From: Schmidtea polychroa
Lineage: Eukaryota
Direction of reading: 5' to 3'
NCBI GenBank assembly: GCA_044892525.1
Contig: CM097885.1
Location: 51,400,001-51,464,000, forward strand
DNA: 64,000 bases
Made by a program: the position numbers and the translations under genes
The notes under the pieces: model-generated
What the model was told of the DNA's origin: nothing
What the model saw: the letters and a program-made list of their open reading frames with translations, nothing else
The model's database searches: none
Shown: positions 61,785 to 64,000 of the stretch, piece by piece
Layout: each line of letters starts with the position of its first letter
How positions within the stretch are numbered: the first letter of the stretch is position 1

Positions 61785-63959
61785 CTAGTATTTTCTCCTT
61801 TTCATGACCTTGGCACTTTCGTTACGGATCCTTTGTTCTACTATGTCTGGTCTGTAACTGACCACCAAAGTCTCCCGTGTACTTACCTCTTTGTACACGA
61901 TTGAGACGATGATGTATGAGCCATCATTAGCCTCCAATACTTCGTAATCGGGGAAATTGGATACGGCTACTTCATGGATTGAGCCTCCGTCGTATTCCTT
62001 GATACGCGGTTTCCATTTGCTGTCGGGTCTCTGCCACCAACTAGGATCTTCTCTGTCGAGATCTTCCCGTATTTTGATTGAGTTGCCTCTTCCGACGAAC
62101 TCGCCTTCCTTCACGACGATAGGCTCTCCTGCAATCGTGGGTTCACTCTTTGTTGCCAATATCTTGGTCAACGCAGGATCTGGTGGCTGATAGTGGGTTT
62201 CTAAGAGATCGTCATCCTCATCCTGGATGGATATCCTAGGCATTTTCTTTTTTGTACTCTTAGGAATCTCCTTTTTCCTTTTCGTAGAGGTAGGGACATT
62301 TTTCTCCTTGTCCTCTTTCTGGGTGGGTTTCTCTGATGTTTTCTTTTTAAATTTTAGATCTTGTAGCTTAAGTAGTGGTGCTACAGCTTGGGGTAATGTT
62401 CCTCCTTCGGCTCCTTGTTTTGGTTCACTCAACGGGGCCAATGCTTTTAGGATCTTGGTGACCCGTTCCACTAGCTTTGCTGCTGGTGGTGATTTTTCTG
62501 TTTCCATTTTAGCCGAATTCACCACTCTACCGTCATTGGTAAGGGTGACTTGAAGGCAGTTATCGTCTGCACTCTCACAAGTGACATAGTCGTTTTCATC
62601 AGTAATTGAAATGGCTGGCGGCGACAAGGAATCTTCTTCCACTATTTTCAGCAACTTTGACCTGGGGATATCTTCTTTTACATAGCTCTCCATAGCTAAA
62701 GGTTTCTGCATGCTTGAGGTTCCGGGTTCCATCTGCTTTATTTGTGAAGACACCACCTCTTTCCGTGTGTCTGGTGAAATGTCATCAACCCAGATATCTC
62801 GTAAATTGTCGTATATCTCCTTAATGGTTGTGACATCATTCTCCGTTTGAAGGTCCGAGAAGTGATGTGCCTCTTTACCGGTGACTGCTTTTACCAGATA
62901 TGCCAAACGGTAATACCCGTTGCATTTCTTTAAGTCCCTACTTTCGAGGCATTTAGCTGCGCCTAACTCACGGATTCCGACTGCGCGCTGGATTGAGAAT
63001 TTGATTACTTCTAATAGGTCCTTTACTAGCAATCCCACGATGATTTTCCCATCGCAGATTTTCCTAATTCTTTCGGCATAGTCTTCTCCGTCGAACTGTC
63101 CGGTTATTTCTATCTCGGTCATACCATGCGCATGCGATTGGTAATGTTTGACCTGTGCTCTGGGGGAAACTCTCGTGTTGAGTATCAGATCGCCATTGAA
63201 ATGTGAGATTGAGATGGCCACAATTGCCGGTTTCAGGAGTTGTCGTAGTGTAACGTAGTGAGCTGCTACGAAAATGGTGAGGTTATTCTCTTGTCTAGGA
63301 TCCAAGCGCTGTCTAACGAAAGACTTAAACGTTTTGATGTCGTTATCATTAACATTATATGTCCAATTTGGGTCATTAACCCATCTCGTTGGTGTTTCTC
63401 TGTGAGGTTCCAGAATTTCCATTGCTACGATGGTATCTATTCCTTCACATAACAGTGAGATGTTCTTTTCCCTTCCATCCCCGTTTTCAATTTCCAGGGT
63501 TGTATGCTTTTGCAGCAAAATGGGGTTTGTGGCACCAGGAACATAAACCGTAAATGGTTTGTTAATGGCGTGTATCCACAGGTGGTTGGTCAGACTATGT
63601 CTGCCAAACTCAGGCATGACCTCGGTAAGCCTAATACTACCGTTATGCTTGCCCGGGATTCTTGAGATAATCATTTGACGCTTTGGGGCCTCGTCAAATT
63701 TGAAATTTTTGGGTATGCCTGAACAATGTCCGTAAAACCAGTGTCTTTGTCCTTTTCTGCTTTGCTCCATTACCTGCTTCTCCAGGTTTTTATAAATGAG
63801 TTTTTCCTTTAGCAAGGTCGTAGCACGTATAATGCTATGCCTTCCTTGGTATTGGGATATTGGGTGGCTCTGCATTCCTGAAATAAAAATCATTAACCAT
63901 AATATCAGATATACTGATATGCCATAATAGGCTAAAAAGATATGCATGAGTCTTATCAT
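61785..63959 (-). CDS. 724-aa single-exon ORF with a central REX4/ISG20-like (DEDDh-fold) domain lacking most catalytic residues; real start may be MQSHP at 63875
   Basis: Uninterrupted 2.2-kb frame, visibly GC-richer than its flanks; aa ~228-385 follow the REX4-like pattern (ISISHFNGDLILNTRVSP..HGMT..GKIIVG..IRE..L..L..ND). Confidence 0.75.
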   Translation of the reverse strand: MIRLMHIFLAYYGISVYLILWLMIFISGMQSHPISQYQGRHSIIRATTLLKEKLIYKNLEKQVMEQSRKGQRHWFYGHCSGIPKNFKFDEAPKRQMIISRIPGKHNGSIRLTEVMPEFGRHSLTNHLWIHAINKPFTVYVPGATNPILLQKHTTLEIENGDGREKNISLLCEGIDTIVAMEILEPHRETPTRWVNDPNWTYNVNDNDIKTFKSFVRQRLDPRQENNLTIFVAAHYVTLRQLLKPAIVAISISHFNGDLILNTRVSPRAQVKHYQSHAHGMTEIEITGQFDGEDYAERIRKICDGKIIVGLLVKDLLEVIKFSIQRAVGIRELGAAKCLESRDLKKCNGYYRLAYLVKAVTGKEAHHFSDLQTENDVTTIKEIYDNLRDIWVDDISPDTRKEVVSSQIKQMEPGTSSMQKPLAMESYVKEDIPRSKLLKIVEEDSLSPPAISITDENDYVTCESADDNCLQVTLTNDGRVVNSAKMETEKSPPAAKLVERVTKILKALAPLSEPKQGAEGGTLPQAVAPLLKLQDLKFKKKTSEKPTQKEDKEKNVPTSTKRKKEIPKSTKKKMPRISIQDEDDDLLETHYQPPDPALTKILATKSEPTIAGEPIVVKEGEFVGRGNSIKIREDLDREDPSWWQRPDSKWKPRIKEYDGGSIHEVAVSNFPDYEVLEANDGSYIIVSIVYKEVSTRETLVVSYRPDIVEQRIRNESAKVMKRRKY

Positions 63960-64000
63960 AAAAGATCTACATATGCTGAATTTTAATGCTACCTGGAGCT

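Noticed and set aside
63876..63959. Signal peptide at the N-terminus of the 724-aa ORF
   Set aside because: The hydrophobic stretch is AT-rich and ends in a splice-acceptor-like TTTTTATTTCAG, so it is more likely intronic; not excluded

Overview
Very AT-rich eukaryotic DNA, most likely an animal; an intronless DDFLGRGL-type GPCR points tentatively to a planarian flatworm. Transposon debris dominates: hAT, pogo/Tigger, piggyBac, mariner, Ty3/Gypsy and Penelope. The centrepiece is a full-length 15.3-kb Polinton/Maverick (adintovirus-like) endogenous virus at 33543-48853. It has AGTAGT...ACTACT termini, ~900-bp TIRs and a TGCGTG 6-bp TSD, and it is inserted into a dead mariner transposase. It encodes major and minor capsid proteins, a packaging ATPase, an adenain protease, core and fiber-like proteins, a frameshifted protein-primed PolB, and a ZnF-PLA2-integrase fusion. 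The most unusual signal is non-coding. Both ends of the element carry outward-pointing, ~240-bp-phased tRNA-like cassettes with Pol III A/B boxes (seven in total, five with long oligo-T terminators), and each TIR also holds a ~180-nt highly structured domain. This looks like a Polinton-encoded Pol III small-RNA or insulator system. Other notable items are a minimal hammerhead ribozyme captured in a hAT element, a fold-back Penelope copy, the probable terminus of a second Polinton-like element at the window start, two small orphan membrane-protein ORFs, and a large ORF with an apparently inactivated REX4-like exonuclease domain. All family assignments are by-eye motif recognition; no searches were run.
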